Below the pieces are notes generated by a model that had not been told where the DNA came from, searched no databases, and was given only the letters and a program-made list of their open reading frames with translations. A stretch of DNA of 64,000 nt from Mobula birostris (Eukaryota): assembly GCF_030028105.1 (NCBI RefSeq), contig NC_092390.1:49210777-49274776 (forward strand), read 5' to 3'. A program made the position numbers and the translations under genes. Every line of letters starts with the position of its first letter. The stretch's first letter is position 1. This document shows positions 47,401 through 60,498 of this stretch, piece by piece.

Positions 47401-50400
47401 TGCAGTGTTGGGGAGGAGAGGAAGCAAAATAAACATCAAAAAAAATTCTCAAAAGGGATTTGTGGGACAGAAGATTAATGCATAACCAAATCTGTGAAAA
47501 GGAGACACCTCTTTTTCCCTTATTAGGGAGAGAGAGAGAGCCTGTGGTATGTCAAATACCGGGTGAACGAGTAGTCCTTGGGGTACTGCAAGTCAGTGTC
47601 TTTGTTGTTGCTTTGCTGCACGCTTGAGTGCTCGGTGGTGGGTGCCGATGCTTTTTTTTTTGCTAGTGGGGAGAGGGGACATCATTGCTTGCTGCTGCTT
47701 ACACGCGGGAGGGAGGGGAGCTGGGGGGGCTACTTTGGGGTTCTAACATTTAACTGTCATCCATTCTTTGGGGGCACTCCTCTGTTTTTGGTGGATGTTT
47801 GTGAAGGAAAAGCACTTCAGTATACATTTCTCTGACATTAAAGGTACCTTTGAAACCTTTGAAATCTCAGCTCTTTAGTTCTTCTCACCAAGGAACCCCT
47901 GCTATTTGCAGGCCTCAAATGTATAAATAAATTTTGGTGAGCTGATGTTAGAGCATACAGTCTATACTGCAAGGCTTCACTAAGCTCCCAGGTGCTTATA
48001 TAGCTGTGACATGCCTGTAGATGACACAAACAAATATACGACCCATGCAACATTGTGTTGAATTTGGTGATCAGGTTTGAAACCAATTTGTTTGTTGTAC
48101 ATAAAGGTATTTCACTTAGGGTAAGAATTTCTATCCCAATATATTCTGCAGGGATTGATCAGATAATTTCCATAGCGCAGAGTTTACATTTAAAAAAGAC
48201 ATTATAATAATCATATTGTGATTGAAAGTTAGGAAAAACAATTGATTATATCATCACGTTAAGAAAATTATAACTTTGAACTAAAAATCTAAATGCAGTT
48301 AATCAAATTTCCTTATTTTTTAACAGCATGGTACAATCATTCTTTAAGAGAACAGTGGAATGAAAAATCTAACTATGTTGTTGGAAAATCTACAGCAAAT
48401 TTGGGTAAGAAAAGTTAGTTTCATGTACATTACAGATATATTTCCCCCAAACATTACTTTACACATAAGGTAAATTAATTGTCTTACTGAAACACTATTG
48501 GATGAAGGAATAAAGCTGGAATTGATATTCCCAACTATTCAGAGTGCTCTGTGAATTTAGAAGTGTTCCAACCATTTTGATGTTTTGCAGGGTAAGGATC
48601 AGAGGCCTGGGGGTGAGGTGTTGGGACAAGTAAGTTGACACTGGAACTGAATTGGAAAATAGAGGAGACACTGCAGCAGGCAGGGGCCAAAAGCTGTTCT
48701 AGTATGACTAGTAGTAAGTTTCTGGAAGGAGTATTATGAGCATTTGGGTGGCAGGGTGGAGGTACCTCTCTACCAAAGGAGGTAAAAGGTGCTTCTTCTC
48801 TCCGCAAGCCTGCAGGTCACCCTTGGGCAAGGTGTAGCACCTGCTTAGCCCCCCCCCCACCCCAATTAAGGTCACATGAAGCGATGGGAACAGGTGGTGG
48901 TTGGTCGTATGAGCTGGTGAATATCACAAGCCCTGGTTATGTGACCACTGACGCTCTGAAACTTTTGATAATGGCTGGGCCACCCATCTAGTAAAGACTC
49001 TGCCCAGAAGAATGCAATGGCAAACTATTGGAAAGACCATGATCGCCCACATCATATGACATGGCACACAATGATTATGAGAGCTACCTGGAGAAGGAAC
49101 ATCAAATAATGAATGCTGCAGACGACCTACAGTTTCATTTTGAGCATTGCCAGGTTTTGGCAGGGAACAATCATGGCTGAGAGAGAAGAACACAATAATT
49201 TTTGTACCATGTACAAAATTTGATCCACGTACAAACAACTGAAACAGGAAACTGATAATTTTTACATCCGAACTGATTGGGTGATATGAAAATGCTGAGA
49301 GATTATTAGCACCCAGGATATACATAGATGTGCAAAAAGACTATCAGCAGTTTTCTTAAGCCAATTACACAGCTGTTGGAAATTTGACTTGAAAAGACTA
49401 TATCTGTTGTCATGTGGTAGAACTCAGTAGGTTGAGGGGTTCTGGAATAGCCATGGAAAACAGTAATAGTTGTGAATTTATTCATTTTGGGATCTGTTCA
49501 TACATTTGCACTAAAGAGGACTAGATTATCTTGTGTTGCATGAATGAGCAATGGTTTTGGACTCTAATTACTTACTCTAGGGACAGGATGATGCGTTCTT
49601 CATTGTCCTAGCACAAAAGTTCAGAAAGAGGGAATTATTTGAATCCATAACTTCACCCCTTCTGATCAGTCTACAAGGTAGTTTGATAGCATCAATGGAG
49701 AGAAAAACAGAGTTGTGGTTCTGATCAGTGACCCTTCATCAGTAAGGAAAATTAAGAAAACAAGTGTGTTTTAAATTACTAAGAGTGTAGCAACAAATAT
49801 CTGTAATAGTGTGGAGTCCAAGGTTGTCCATGTGGGACAGTTGGCTTTGGTACTATTGGAGAGAGGAATGAACACTCGGTAATTAAGGCTCATTTGCCTG
49901 GAGGAATATAAATGTAGGGAGGTGAATGAGCAAAGTCTTTTGAGCTATCCAGTCTATAAAAAAAATTCCTGGCTTTTGCACAAGTATTCTTCAGTACCTT
50001 CAGATTTATTAATATGTATTTTCCCCTCTTGTTATAAGTAAAGGAAATTGGTCTTGCAACACAAGGAGAAGAAACTGGAAATGCAGAAAACCTAGCTAAG
50101 TTCATCTGTAGCAGTAAGTTCATGTTATAACTTTTTAAGCATTTCATATGTAGGTCATTTTAATGGGCAGTCATTTATAAATAAAAGTAACATTTTCTAA
50201 ATAAAATACTGATTTCACATAAAATTGATTTATTTAAGATGAGAAAGTAACTAAATCTGGGACATTTCTCAACACCTTTTTGTGAGATCTTTATGGCAAT
50301 TATGGTACTGGATTAGTTAATAGCAAGCGTGAATAGGAAGTTGAAAATGGTAACAATATTTGTACTGTACTGTAGGTAGAGATAATTAATTATATCAGAC

Positions 50401-53400
50401 ATGATGCAGAAGTAAAAATGGAACAGGTACACCCAGTGGCCACTTAATTAGGCACAGGAGTGGAAACCATTGTGATCTTCTGCTGCTGTAGCACATCCAT
50501 TTCAAGGTTCAATGTGTAGTGTACGCAGAGACGCTCTTCTGCACACTACCGTTGTAACAACAGGTTACCTGAGTTACTGTCACGTTCCTGTCAGCTTGAA
50601 CCTGTCTGGCCACTCTCCTCTGACTTCTCTCGTTAACAAGACATTTTTGCCCTCACAACTGCCACTTGGTGGATGTTTTTATGTCCCTCGCACAGTTCTC
50701 GATAAACTCCAGAGACTGTTGTGCGTGAAAATCCCAAGGGATAAGCAGTTTCTGAGATACTCAAACCACTCTGTCTGGCACCAACAATCATTCTGTGGTC
50801 AACGTCACTTAGATGACATTTCTTCCCCTGTTCTGATGTTTGGTCTGAATGACAACTGAACTCTTGACCATGCCTACAAGCCTTTATGCATTGAGTTGCT
50901 GTCACATGATTGGCTGACTGGACGTTTGCGTTAACAATGAGGTATACCTAATAAAGTGGCCACTGAGTGTACATGACACTGGCTGTGCTTCATTGACTCC
51001 TCTATGACAGTATTGGCGGAATGCAATGTGCAGTGCAGTTGCTCGATCAAAGTTACGCACTCTGTTGCATGTTGTGAGTCATATGACATAGCACTGTCAG
51101 TGATGTCATCAGAGCTCTACTCCCAGTTAGTAGTTTGTGTTATTGTTAGAACATCAGCTTTTGTATATCAGTGAACTATTTGAAAGTATATTGTAAAAAA
51201 GTGGCTAGCTGATTTGCAATTTCACATCTTTAATGCTGTGATACAAGGAGCTTCTGTGCATGAAGAGTAACTTCCACTGTTAGTCTAGAGCAGGGGGTTC
51301 CCAACCATTTTTATGCCATGGACCAAAACATTAAGCATGGGGTCTGTGGACCCCAGATTGGGAACCCCTGGTCTGGAGAAAACAATATATTAGAGGCCAA
51401 TGTTTGGCTGAATTATTGGGAAGATTCAAAACTGAAACTGCAGATCTGATCTGGCAATTAAACACGTCTTGGTTTATGTTATGTACTTTAAAATGTAGGA
51501 AATTATTTTTTTTATTGGATCAGGTCTATATAGATTTGATTCTTTCACTGAATTTAATATTTTTGGTTTGCACCTTTTGTGATACAGATCTTGCTATATG
51601 ATATTGTACAGTGAGAAAAGTTGTTTTGTAATTAAAAACATTTTATACTGTTTTCAACAGAAGAATCGTCAAGCTCCCTACCTCTTCTGTTTGTATGCGG
51701 TACACTTAAAAGAGAGACACTCCCTAAATGCTTGAATGAGAACAGTAGGTATTAATTTTGATGTTGAAAATTTTTGATGAAAATGCAATTGTATATCAAA
51801 TGGTATTTAAAGGACGGAGAAAAATTGTTGTTTCAGTTATGACACTTCTTTAAAGCCCGTAAGTATTAGTGGAAAAGCGCTAACTTTTTTTTAGATGCAG
51901 ATCAACATTGTATTTTACAATCAGGTCCACGCAGACCCCTTAGGAAACATCAGTTACTCATCATTATTAATTCCATTTACCAGCTTATGGTCATCTATGC
52001 TTGACAATTCAAGTGTTCATACTTTGAGAGCATCTGCCCTCCATGCCACTCAAGAACGAGTTCTAGTTTGCAGCTACCCTTTGAGTGTAATTTTTTTTCC
52101 CTGCTCAGATTTAAGATTTAAAGCACATTTATTATCTAAGACTATATAAATACACCTTGAAATGTGTCTGTTTTCAAGAATAACCCAATTAAAAAAAGAC
52201 CAAAAACCAATTTGTCAATGATTTAGATTGTAGAATTGATGGCTTTGTGGCAAAGTTTGTGGATGATACAAAGGTAGGTAGAGGGGTAGGTAGTGCTGAG
52301 GAAGCAATACGATTGCAACCGGACTTAGACAAGTTGGAAGAATGGGCAAAAAAGTAGCAGATGAAATACAGTGTCGGGAAATGTATGATAATACAGTTTG
52401 ATAAAGGAACAATAGTGCAGACTATTAGCTAAATGGGGAGAAAATTCAAACATCAGAGGTGCAAAGAGACTTCGGGATCCTCATGCAAGGCTCCCAGAAA
52501 GTTATTTCACAGGCTAAGTGTGTGGTAAAGAAGGCAAATGCAATATTGACATTTATTTTAAGGTGAATATAATATAAAAACTAGGAGATAATGCTGAAGC
52601 TTTATAAGACACTAGTCAGGCCACATTTGGAGTATCGTCAACAGTTTTGGACCCCCTTATCTCAGAAAGGATGTTGTCATTGGAGAGAATCCACAAGAGT
52701 TTCACGAGAATGATTCCAGGAATGAAGGGGTTAACATGTGAGGAGTGTTTGGCAGCTTTGGGCCTGTATTCACTGGAATTTAGAAGAATGCGTGGGATCT
52801 CAATGAAACCTACTGAATGTTGAAAGGACTAGATAAAGTAGACGTGGAGAGGATATTTCTTTTGGTGGGAGCATCCAGAACTAGAAGGCACAGCCTCAAA
52901 ATTGAGGGGCAACCTTTTAGAATAGAAGCAAAGAAGATTTTTTTTTAGCCAACGAACGGTGAATCTGTGAAATGCTCTGCCACAGACCCTGGTGGAGGCC
53001 AAGTCTGTGTATACTCAAAGCTGCAGTTGATAGATTCCCGATTGGTCGGGGCATCAGGAGATATGGTGAGTGGGCAGGTGTATGGGGTTGAATGATGAAA
53101 TGGCAGAGTGGACTTGATGGGCTGAATGGCCTAATTCTCCTCCTATGTCTTACGGCCTTAAGAAGCAAAGAGTGGGAATAAAAGCAGCATTTTCTGGTTG
53201 GCTGCTGGTGACTAGTGGTGGTCCACAGGGGATTCTTTTTACTCTAGAAGTGAATGACTTGGATGATGGAATTGATGGCTTTGTGACCAAGTTTGTGGAA
53301 AATACAAAGACAGGAGAGGTAGGTAGTTTTGAGGAAGTAGAGAGGCTACAGAGTGACTTAGACAAATTAGGAGAATGGGCAAAGTGGCAGATGGAATAAA

Positions 53401-56400
53401 GTGTCAGGAAGTGTATGGTCATGCACTCTGGCAGAAGAAATAAAAGGGGTAGACTATTTTCTCGTGCAGGATTCCCTAAAGGTTAAATTTCAGGTTGAGG
53501 AAGGCAAATGGGACATTAGGATTCATTTTGAGGGGACTGGAAAATAAAAGCAAGGATGTAAGGTAGAGGCTTTAAAGCACTACTGAGGCCTCATTTGGAG
53601 TATTGTGAGCAGTTCTATCCCCTTATCTAAGAAAGGAGGTGCTATCATTGAAGAAGGTTGAAAGGAGGTTCACTAAAATGATTCTGGGAATCAAAGGCTT
53701 GTCACTTGAGGAGTGTTTGATGGCTCTGGGCCTTTACTCACTGGAATTCAGAAGAATGAGGGATGACCTCATTGAAAGCCATTGAGTAGTGAAAGGCCTT
53801 GATAGAGTGGATATGGAGAGGATGTTTCCTATGGTGGGGGAGTCTAAGACCAGAGAACACAGCCTCAAAAAAGTGGGATATCATTTTGTGACAGAGATGA
53901 GGAGGAATTTCTTTAGCTAGAGAATGGTGAATCTGCGGAATTCATTGCCACAGGCGGCTGTGGAGGCCACATCACTGGGTATAGTTAAGGCAGAGATTGA
54001 TAGATTCTTGATTAGTCTAGGCATGAAAGGATATGGGAGGAAGGAAATTGGGGCTGAGAGGGAAAATGGATCAGCCATGATAAAATGGCAGAGCAGACTT
54101 GATGGGCCAAATGGCCTAATTTGTCTCTTATATTGTATGGCCTTATGGTACTTAATAAGATGACCACTGAGTGTACAAGTACTTGCTAAGAAAATCAATC
54201 ACATTTGATGTTTGGTTTTAATCAATACTTAAAGGAAATAAATTAAGTTTGTTAATTTTTTATGGAAACCAGTTTACACAAGGCTGTGATAAAACAGTTT
54301 TTTCACTGTGGTATTTATATTGGCTTAAAGCTTTCTGATGTCTGCACTGATTTCAGATGTGCCTTTGGAGAGCATCACTGTCTATCGGACATCTCAACAT
54401 CCTTCCCTCCAGCAGGCTTTGAGTGATTATTTTTCGCAACAGGTATGTGATTCAGAGTATAGTGCAATACCTGCCTATTTAGGCTAAATGAAATACAGAT
54501 TAGCTTTATTTGCCTGCTCTGAATCTTTGTATCGCTAACTGCCCACAATACATCAAACTTCTTGACCTTAACACTCCAGTTGAAACCTCACTCCCTCTCA
54601 ATGCACTGCTCTCCACTCTCTCCGCACTAATCCCAACTTCACCATCAAACCCGCATATAAGGGGGGGTGCTGTCGTAGTCTGGCAGATTGACCTTTACCT
54701 TGCTGAGGGCAGATGGCAACTCCTCTTACTTACCCCTTCAACAGGACCCCATTATCAGATTGTCATCTGCACCATCACTAATCTTATCGACTCTGAGGAT
54801 CTCCCACCTATTGCCCCCAACCTCATAATTCCCTTACCCTGCACCTCCCCTTTCTACCTCCTACCCAAGATCCACTGGTTGGGTGTGTTGTCCAGAAAGA
54901 AGCAGAGAGTTTTACGGCCGTCCTTATTGGAGATAGTAGTGTATAGGGTCTGGACATCCACAGTGAAAATGAGATGATCGGGTCTAGGGAACTTAAGGTC
55001 ACTGAAGAGATCGAGAGCATGTGAATTGTGATGGATGTAGGTAGGAATTGACCAAAGGGGTTAAAATAGAGTCGAGGTTTGCAGACGGGAGTTCTGTAGG
55101 GCGGGAGCAGGCAGAAACAATTGGTCTACCTGGATGGACAGGCTCAGTACCAATATGCACCAAGACATCTGGTTGCTCCCCCTCCCCCTCCAAAATGCTG
55201 TGGACGCCATCTGAGACCTCCCTGACCCTGGCACCTGGGAGGCAACATACCATCCAGGTTTCCCGTTCACATCCACAGAATCTCCTATCTGTTCCTCTGA
55301 CAATTGTGTCCCCTATCACTATCGCTCGTCTTTTCTCCCCCTTTCCCTTCTGCACCACAGACCCTTGCTCAGTGCCAGTAACCTGGTCTCAGTGGCATTC
55401 CCCTGGGAGGTCATCCCCCACAACAGTATCCAAAATGGTATATTTATTATTGAGGGAAATAGCCGCACGGGTGCTCTGCGCTAACTGCCTATTCACCGTC
55501 CCATTCCTTCTGACGGTCACTCAGCTACCCGTCTCCTGCAACCTCGGGGTGTCTACTTCTCTGTAACTCTGATCGATGATATCCTCACTCTCCCATACAA
55601 GTCAAAGGTCATCCAGCTGCTGCTCCAGATCCCTAACACAGTCTTCAAGGAGCTGCAGCTGGATACATTTCACACAGATGTACTTCCCTGGAAGACCCAG
55701 GGTCTCCCAGGACTCCAGCATCTGACATGAAGAACACACAATGGCCATTTAAACTGCACTAAGTATCTCTGACACAGTAAGAAAAAAGGGAAACTTAACA
55801 GAAACTTAGCAAGGCAACTTACCCAGAGCTGACGCTTCTTCCGAGTCGAAACCTCCTTTGAGCCAAAGCCTGACACTCCCACTCTCACCGCTGGCCCATG
55901 TCGACTGTTTATTCACATCCATAGATGCTGCCTGACCTGCTGAGCAGAATGACTATGTGCAGCAGGTCCGGTCCAGTTAGACCTGACCCATCTTCTTAAC
56001 ATTCACAGTTCGGAACTTTAAAAACTTTTTTCTCTTTTCTCCCAGGGAATTCCAGCAAGCATTACCTTTTTTAGTCCTTCTGGTGTCAGGTTTTCTTTGA
56101 AGACCATTCAAAAATTGGCTGGAGATTCCATTAACCAAATCGAGGTAAACAAGAGGAATTCTGCAGATGCTGGAAATTCAAGCAACACACATCAAAGTTG
56201 CTGGTGAACGCAGCAGGCCAGGCAGCATCTCTAGGAAGAGGCACAGTCGACGTTTCAGAGATGCTGCCTGGCCTGCTGCGTTCACCAGCAACTTCGATGT
56301 GTGTTGCGTTAATCAAATCAAGGTACTGTATTTGTGAAGTGCTTTTCATGTTGTAACCTGACAGATCTTAAAATCCATTTAACAAAAGCTGGTAGGTTTA

Positions 56401-57240
56401 TTTTTTCTGAATGGAGGAGACCAAGAAGAAACCTATTATAAAATTATGAGAGGGCTAGATGGAACAAGCAAAGATCTATTTTCCTTAGCAGAGGAATCAA
56501 AGCTGGCTGTGGGGCATGGATTTAAAGTAAACCACACAAAAATTAGAAGGGAAGAAACCCATAGGGTGGTGATGACCTGGAACTCACAGTCTGAAAGTGT
56601 GGGAGAGACTGAAACCTTTCGGGTTGAGACCCTCCACCAGGACTGGAAAGAAAGGAGAGAAGCAGTATAAAATGTTGGGAAGAAAGGGTGGAGCAAAGGC
56701 TGGAAGATGACTGGTGAATCCAGGTGAGGGGGTAAACTACCTGGAGGGGAAAAGAGAGGGTGGGAGTGATGCAAGAAGCTGCGGGTGATAGGTGTAAGTG
56801 ACAAGGAGATGGAATTTAATAGATGACAGTGCCATCTTCTTCAGCCTGAAACAAAATTGTTTAGGTACCTCTGAGATTCAGACCTGCTTGGGTTGTTCAT
56901 GTTTCCAGTAGTGTGTCCATTCTTATGAGCTTTGTGGCTTACAAGTTTCTCAGTGTACCAGGACCAAGAGCTGAGAAATGGGATTAGTGCAACTAGCTCA
57001 GTTTGTCCAACATGGACAGTGAGATGACAGGCATCATGTGTTGTACAGAGTTCTTGTAGAGATACATTTCATCTATGTTAGGTACGACTTTGGTCATTTT
57101 GTTATGGTTTTGCTTTTCAGTTTGCAGCGATAGGGTCAACAACAGCTGAAGCCATGGCATCAGAGGGACTGACTGTGAGCTGTACAGCTGAAAAACCTAC
57201 ACCACAAGATCTGGCAGCGTGTGTAAGAAGAGTGCTGTAG
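41343..57240 (+). CDS. UROS: uroporphyrinogen-III synthase, 9 coding exons, 261 aa
   Basis: Exons 41343-41405, 41642-41725, 45858-45954, 48327-48404, 50039-50113, 51661-51744, 54357-54442, 56046-56144, 57121-57240 (786 nt). Peptides [89 protein letters not shown]. Confidence 0.96.
41642..41725 (+). CDS. UROS: UROS exon
   Basis: 84 nt, [19 protein letters not shown]... Confidence 0.93.
45003..45165 (+). mobile_element. Penelope pLTR fragment with broken hammerhead; TSD cagtcatt
   Basis: gtcCTGACGAagggtctcagcctGAATcgt, then the same arm as 35500-35580. Confidence 0.7.
45858..45954 (+). CDS. UROS: UROS exon
   Basis: 97 nt, [18 protein letters not shown]... Confidence 0.93.
46594..46916 (-). 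mobile_element. tRNA-derived SINE (CORE-like) with 13-bp TSD
   Basis: A-box tggccaagtgg, B-box gagttcgagcc, gtgtccttgagcaaggcactt core; TSD aatttatgaaaaa at 46581 and 46917. Confidence 0.82.
47503..47863 (+). repeat. unclassified interspersed repeat (uninterrupted copy of the 23573 element)
   Basis: Co-linear with 23573-23908 plus 24361-24387; ends in (cctttgaaa)2. Confidence 0.7.
48327..48404 (+). CDS. UROS: UROS exon
   Basis: 78 nt, [25 protein letters not shown]. Confidence 0.92.
50039..50113 (+). CDS. UROS: UROS exon
   Basis: 75 nt, [24 protein letters not shown]. Confidence 0.92.
50430..50969 (-). mobile_element. Tc1-like non-autonomous element
   Basis: TA|cacccagtggccactt...aagtggccactgagtg|TA; transposase HTH remnant [28 protein letters not shown]. 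Confidence 0.87.
51291..51370. mobile_element. 80-bp hAT MITE
   Basis: TIR cagggg(g)ttcccaa / ttgggaacccctg; TSD gtctagag / gtctggag. Confidence 0.78.
51661..51744 (+). CDS. UROS: UROS exon
   Basis: 84 nt, [22 protein letters not shown]; NAGNAG acceptor. Confidence 0.9.
52215..54140 (+). mobile_element. two tandem decayed CR1 3' halves
   Basis: [26 protein letters not shown]; two CR1 3' UTRs ending at about 53155 and 54140. Confidence 0.85.
54357..54442 (+). CDS. UROS: UROS exon
   Basis: 86 nt, [15 protein letters not shown]...SQQ. Confidence 0.93.
54540..55945. mobile_element. rearranged Penelope fragment (+, then inverted) with inserted CR1 ORF1 piece (about 55145-55890, -)
   Basis: [13 protein letters not shown] and [11 protein letters not shown] (PLE RT); [20 protein letters not shown]...CCLPGARV...VHIGT (CR1 ORF1 SGNH esterase). 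Confidence 0.75.
56046..56144 (+). CDS. UROS: UROS exon
   Basis: 99 nt, [13 protein letters not shown]...NQIE. Confidence 0.92.
56148..56308. mobile_element. fold-back Penelope-derived insertion at a UROS splice donor
   Basis: About 51-bp inverted repeat; 17-bp TSD-like ttaa(c/t)caaatc(g/a)aggta at 56131 and 56309. Confidence 0.8.
57121..57240 (+). CDS. UROS: UROS last coding exon
   Basis: 120 nt, [12 protein letters not shown]...RRVL*. Confidence 0.93.
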   Translation, partial: FAAIGSTTAEAMASEGLTVSCTAEKPTPQDLAACVRRVL

Positions 57241-57253
57241 CAATGCACAGAGT

Positions 57254-57259
57254 AATAAA
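57254..57259 (+). terminator. candidate UROS polyA signal AATAAA
   Basis: 13 nt after the stop; alternatives at 57346 (ATTAAA) and 57683 (AATAAA). Confidence 0.35.
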
Positions 57260-57411
57260 TAATTGCTCATCTCTCATGGATAAAATATACGCTTAATTGC
57301 CATCTGTCCTGACTTTGAATTGCCCTGTTTTTTTTGTAAAATTACATTAAATCAGGATTGTTCTAGGTTTGCATTGTTTGTAAGAAAGAAATCTGTAGCG
57401 TCATCTCTTAA

Positions 57412-57627
57412 ACAAGAGAAAATCTGCAGACATTGGAAATCAAAGTAATACACTCAAACTGCTGGAGGAATTCAGCAGGCCAAGCAGCATTCTTGGAAAA
57501 GAGGAAACAGTTGATGTTTTGGGCTGAAACCCTTCATCAGAACTTGGTCCAAAACGTCGACTGTATACTCTTTTCTATAGACGCTGACTGGCCTGCCGTG
57601 TTCCTCTAGAATTTTGTGTGTATTACT
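57412..57627. mobile_element. fold-back Penelope-derived insertion with degenerate hammerhead (- strand)
   Basis: Perfect 12-bp TSD gtcatctcttaa (57400, 57628); - strand agtt-CTGATGA-agggtttcagccc-AAAAC-ATC-aact. Confidence 0.75.
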
Positions 57628-60321
57628 GTCATCTCTTAATAGGATTCTCTAAATTACTTACGATATTGAGCTGGATTCTGTGAATAAATGTGTGATCAAC
57701 ATTACATGCAAACAGGCCAGCAACTTCAGTTGTTAAGGAGATACTCAATGAATTGTGAACCAGCAAATTGGTAGATGATTTCAGCAGATCTTTCGTTAGT
57801 CTTGCTTTAAAAACATTAGCTCATCTTTGACTCCCCTCTGTGTATCATGAGTTTGATACATTTTCACATTAACTGTTCACTGATCACACTGAAGAAAGTT
57901 TACTAATTAAGGTGGTAGCCTACTTTAACAACGTGATAAAGGTCATTGGCTACCGATCAACCTCTCTGGCCTAGAAAATGAACAACTGTAGAGTTTTATT
58001 TTGTCAAGTAGTGAATTACTGTTGGAAATTTGAAGCTCATATTTTAATTTTTAGAATTGCAATTTCTAATCCTTTGCTTTCTTTTGCTTAGTTTAATCTT
58101 TCTTTAATGTTACTTATTCCTCTTTGTGAACCTGACTTGCTACTCTGTTCTCTCACACTAATTCATCCTCCTTCTCTTGTCTTTGTTTTTTTTTGGTTAA
58201 AGGGACACTCTTGGACCCCACCATTCACTGAGTTGTTACATGCCTGTTACCCTCAAAATACTATTGACAGATTAACCTGATCGGTATTGGAAAAATTGAC
58301 TGGTCCTACTAGAGATACCATCAAATTCTAACCTATTATTGGCACAGAACTAAAAAGATTGGTTAAAATTTTCTGCATGTATGAATCATTTGGATATTGT
58401 TTATGGTAGAAATTCAAGTGGTCAAATGCATTAGGTGTGCAAAGTGGAATATACTGAATTCTATTTCAAAATATCTCATTCCCTTGCTAGTTAATTGCAC
58501 GTACATGAAAATTCCTTTCTGGGAAATGTGTTTGGACTGTTTTCTGTATGTAACCAAATGAAATCTCATATGTCAGTATGATGGCCACATCTTTTAAATT
58601 ATTTATATTCTTGGTATAAGGTAAAATAATTGGCATTCAGGGCTGATTCAGGGCTAACTACTGTGCATGACATTGTAAGGTATTTTCATTAAAGCAATGG
58701 GCTATATATCTGATTACAACTGTAAATCTTTATCCAGAATCAGGTTAACACTGCCTTATATGATGTGAAATGTGTTTTGTGGAAGCAGTACAATGCAAAG
58801 ACATAAAACTACTATAAATTACAAAATAAATAGTGCAAAAAAGGAATAATGAGTTCATGAGTTCCTTGTGATTTTCAAACACATTGCCTCAACCTGATCT
58901 TTTGTCGCATAGTTCAGAACAAAGACATGTCCATTTTGAGAAATGTTTGATCTGAATTTTAACTCTGAAAGAAGATTGGATAGTTCCTTTTGACAGACTT
59001 AAGAGAAAAGTACCAAAAGAATTATAAAAGGCACCAAAGATAACTAACTGCTGATTTACTAGAGATGCGACATGAGTCAGACCACCAACTACCTCATCGA
59101 ATACAGGTTCATCATTTCAATTTCATTTCCGCTTGAACAGCTACTTTATATTTACTGTTATCTAGGTTTCCAAGCTTCAATAAACCCACCAAGCAACAAT
59201 GGCTGAATTTGTAATTTATAGCACATTTTGTAGGCTTTACAGACCAGCACACTCCCCCCTCCAAAAACAAAGCCCTTAAACATTTAAAATGCACATTTAG
59301 AGTTCATTTGTAGCATAGAGTCATCATTCATAAGTTTATTTTAGATTATGAGGACAGGCAGTCCTCTTTTATTGTCATTTAGTAATGCATGCATTAAGAA
59401 ATGATACAATGTTCCTCCAGAATGATATCACAGAAACACAAGACAAACCAAGACTTAAAAAAACTGACAAAAATCACATAATTATAACATATAGTTACAA
59501 TAGTGCAAAGCAATACCGTAATTTGATGAAGAACAGACCATGGGCACGGTTAAAGTCTCAAAGTCTCTCGAAAGCCCCATCATCTCACGCAGACGGTAGA
59601 AGGAAGAAAAATTCTCCCTGCCATGAGCTTCCAGCGCCGCAAACTTGCCGATGCAGCACCCTGGAAGCACCCGACCGCAGCCAACTCTTGAGTCCGTCGG
59701 AAAACTTCGAGCCTCTGACCAGCCCTCCAACACTGAGCACCAAGCACCATCTCTGCCAAGCGCTTCGACCCCGGCCCCAGCAATAGGCAAACGTTTATGT
59801 TATGTTTATGATATGAAGATATCCCATGCGCCAACCAGCCTGAATGATAGGTTGTGTGTCTTTTGAGCAGAAACGCCGGCAGTACTAGAACACATGCACA
59901 GGATTTTGTGGTGACATTGGATTAGCCAGAATAAAGGGAAGAATCAAGAACTTAGAGACCAAGGAGGTGGACGTTAGTGGGCTTGTTTGGCCAAGAAGAG
60001 TCTTTCATTTTCTTGACCCAAAAGTATTCTTGTAAAGTAACCTAGATCCATTACTTCTAAACTCCTTTTACGCATTGGTCATGGAAACCTTGTTTGCAAA
60101 ATGGAGGCATGCAAAGATTTCACCAACCAACTTGCCTCTTACTCGCACCACCATTCAATCTGGAACTTGACAATTTCTGGTCATTTTTGATTTTTTTTCT
60201 CAAATATAAGCTTCTTGTTCAGCCTAACTGTTTCCTTTTTGGACTCTAAAATCACCAAGTGGATTTAAATTGCTCTTTTATTATTTGCTAAGATTAAGAA
60301 ACTGCAAGACATTGTGCACAA

Positions 60322-60498
60322 ATAGGAAAAAGACTGCAGGTGCTGGAAATCCAAAGCATGGCACACAAAATGCTGGAGGAACTCAGCAGGTCAGGCAACA
60401 TCTGTGGAAAAAAGTTGACGTTTTGGGCTGAGACCTTGACTGTTTACTCTTTTCCATAGATTTGGCTTGACCTGCTGAATTCCTCCAGCATTTTATGT
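60322..60498. mobile_element. fold-back Penelope-derived insertion
   Basis: Perfect 11-bp TSD attgtgcacaa (60311, 60499); inverted arms tgctggaggaactcagcaggtca / tgacctgctgaattcctccagca. Confidence 0.75.
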
